From: Heptranchias perlo
Taxonomy: Eukaryota
Assembly (NCBI RefSeq): GCF_035084215.1
Contig: NC_090353.1
Coordinates: 13,082,001-13,146,000, forward strand
Direction of reading: 5' to 3'
Length of the DNA stretch: 64,000 bases
Position 1 is the first letter of the stretch. Each line of letters begins with the position of its first letter. The position numbers were made by a program, and so were the translations under genes. Positions 62,301 through 64,000 of the stretch are shown in pieces. The notes under the pieces were generated by a model that was not told where the DNA came from, made no database searches, and worked only from the letters and a program-made list of their open reading frames with translations.

Positions 62301-64000
62301 TCTTATTAGCAGACAAATATTTTAACAAATTTATGTTACATTCGGTTAGTCGGCTATTTTAGCAGAGTGGGTAACCTATTTACAATAAAGCACTTGCCTT
62401 AAAGTAGTGGACAAAGGAACGTAATACAAGATCACTAAGTGTCTTCCACTTTTATCGCCAACAGTAATTTGGAAGCTTAAAATGTTCTATGGTAAAATAG
62501 GAAATGTCATTTTACTTAGTAAGTGACAATGAATCAAGGCCCTGAATTCCCCCTCGAAGCCTGGGACAGACTCTTGAGATCAGAGGGGCAGGGCAGGACA
62601 GGCGAGGCTGGGAAATGGGGTGGGACCCAGTCATGCCAGGTCTCCACCCTGAAAGAATTTCCTCTGGGGCGGGTACAGACCAGTGGGACAGGGTCATCTG
62701 CCAGAATTCCCGCTGGCCTCGTCTCCTGTGACCCCAATGTTCAGCACATTGCAGCGGTAGAGGTGGGGCCTTCAAGAGTGTTCTAGGTTGGGAAAGCAAC
62801 CCTGAAGTCAGCAGACTTTCAGAAAAGGGACCGAAAATTGAGATTTTTTGTTGTTGTTGCTTGTGCTGGACCAGCCATTTTGCAGATAAACAGCAATCTA
62901 TTGCCACATTCTCTGAAACCGAGCGGGTGGCCAAGATGTGTGAGCACCTACCTGTATTATGCAAGCTGCCTGATCTGGGGAACCCAGGCAAGGTCAGGCA
63001 CTTGGGTCAGTGGCGGGACCTGACTCCTGCTCCACCAAAGTTACAACGGCAGAGCGGGATTGCAGATGAACCAAAATAGTTGCAGTTTTCCTTTTAATTC
63101 TCTGGAATATTTCATTTAATAATACAACGGCAGGGTCCTGTTAGTCTCGATTTTATTTGGTCATTTATTTTCTGATAAGCAATCAGAAAGTAGGTCAAAC
63201 TGCCTAAGTCAAATCCTCGCCCAGGACAAGTAGTAAGATGGTTACCTGCAGGTTACCAGAACGCAGCAAATACTTTGCGTTGCTAAAGTACAGAAGTAAC
63301 TCTGTGGCCTTCTCATTGCAATGTGAATGTAACTGAAATCAGTCATTGCCATCTCCCCAGTTAATGGAGATGCTCAAACTTCCTGAGCGCAGGGGATTTT
63401 AGGTGGCTTTTGCCCAGATCAAACGCTTCACTTGCTTTCCACCCACACATCTGCAAAGCCTTTTTGAAAATCACACTGCAGTAGCAGTACAGCTTTTACT
63501 ATTTTTTTTAAACGAAGATGTATCTCAGTAAAATTACGACAGCAGCAACAAAATGATGGCACAGAAAATAAATTATGGGGTGCGTATCAGCTTTGGTGCT
63601 GACATACACTCGCTAGGAACCTCTGCTGCTGATTCCAGGGGACTTTCCAGGTAGTTTAGTGTGTACCATGCCCAGTAATAGGGTCCTTACAACTAGCAGA
63701 GAGAGGAGACCTACATCTCACTGCATTGGACTAGATTTGAACCCAGATCCCAGAAGTGAAAGGCCAGTGTCTAACCCATTACAGCAGCCAGTTCCAAAAT
63801 GCTTTTGATTTAAAATGATCTTTCATTTTTTTTAAGGAAAACAAAAAATATGTTGGCTTAGGAATTGGCAAAGGTGAACCAAATCGAAACCGATGAGCAA
63901 GAGGACCACACAAGATTGGTCATCTTGCATCATCAGGACACTCTGGCACCCTGGGGACACCAAGAGACAGTGCGCTGGTCGCAAAGAAGTTGATAATCGT

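Noticed and set aside
58721-64000. Signal-peptide exon of the TMIGD2-like gene
   Set aside because: The candidates examined (~62390, ~63245, ~63900) had the wrong phase, stops or no donor; the exon may lie beyond the window.

Overview
This is a repeat-rich vertebrate genomic window, most likely from a cartilaginous fish (shark); that assignment is inferred from the repeat families. It holds parts of two convergent genes. On the + strand are the last two coding exons (SH2 domain) of an SHB/SHD/SHE/SHF-family adaptor, most likely SHD, separated by a 24.9-kb intron. On the - strand is an Ig-superfamily receptor rebuilt from three phase-compatible exons (VJ-type IgV, transmembrane, tyrosine-motif tail) that fits TMIGD2/CD28H; the signal-peptide exon was not found. 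This matches the human SHD-TMIGD2 tail-to-tail arrangement. The rest is transposon-derived or low-complexity: CR1 and L2 LINE fragments, DeuSINE-like and other SINEs, two PIF/Harbinger relics, hAT-type MITEs with 8-bp target-site duplications (TSDs), a 2.7-kb 31-bp satellite, and Penelope-like elements carrying minimal hammerhead-ribozyme motifs. Three highlights: (i) a CD28-like PPP motif (EIPPPVY) in the TMIGD2-like IgV domain; (ii) a Penelope insertion with ~560-bp inverted arms and an intact sense-strand hammerhead just past the TMIGD2-like stop codon, possibly in its 3'UTR; (iii) a perfect, spacerless 206-bp palindrome made of two hammerhead-bearing Penelope ends in the SHD intron. All calls were made by eye and no searches were run.
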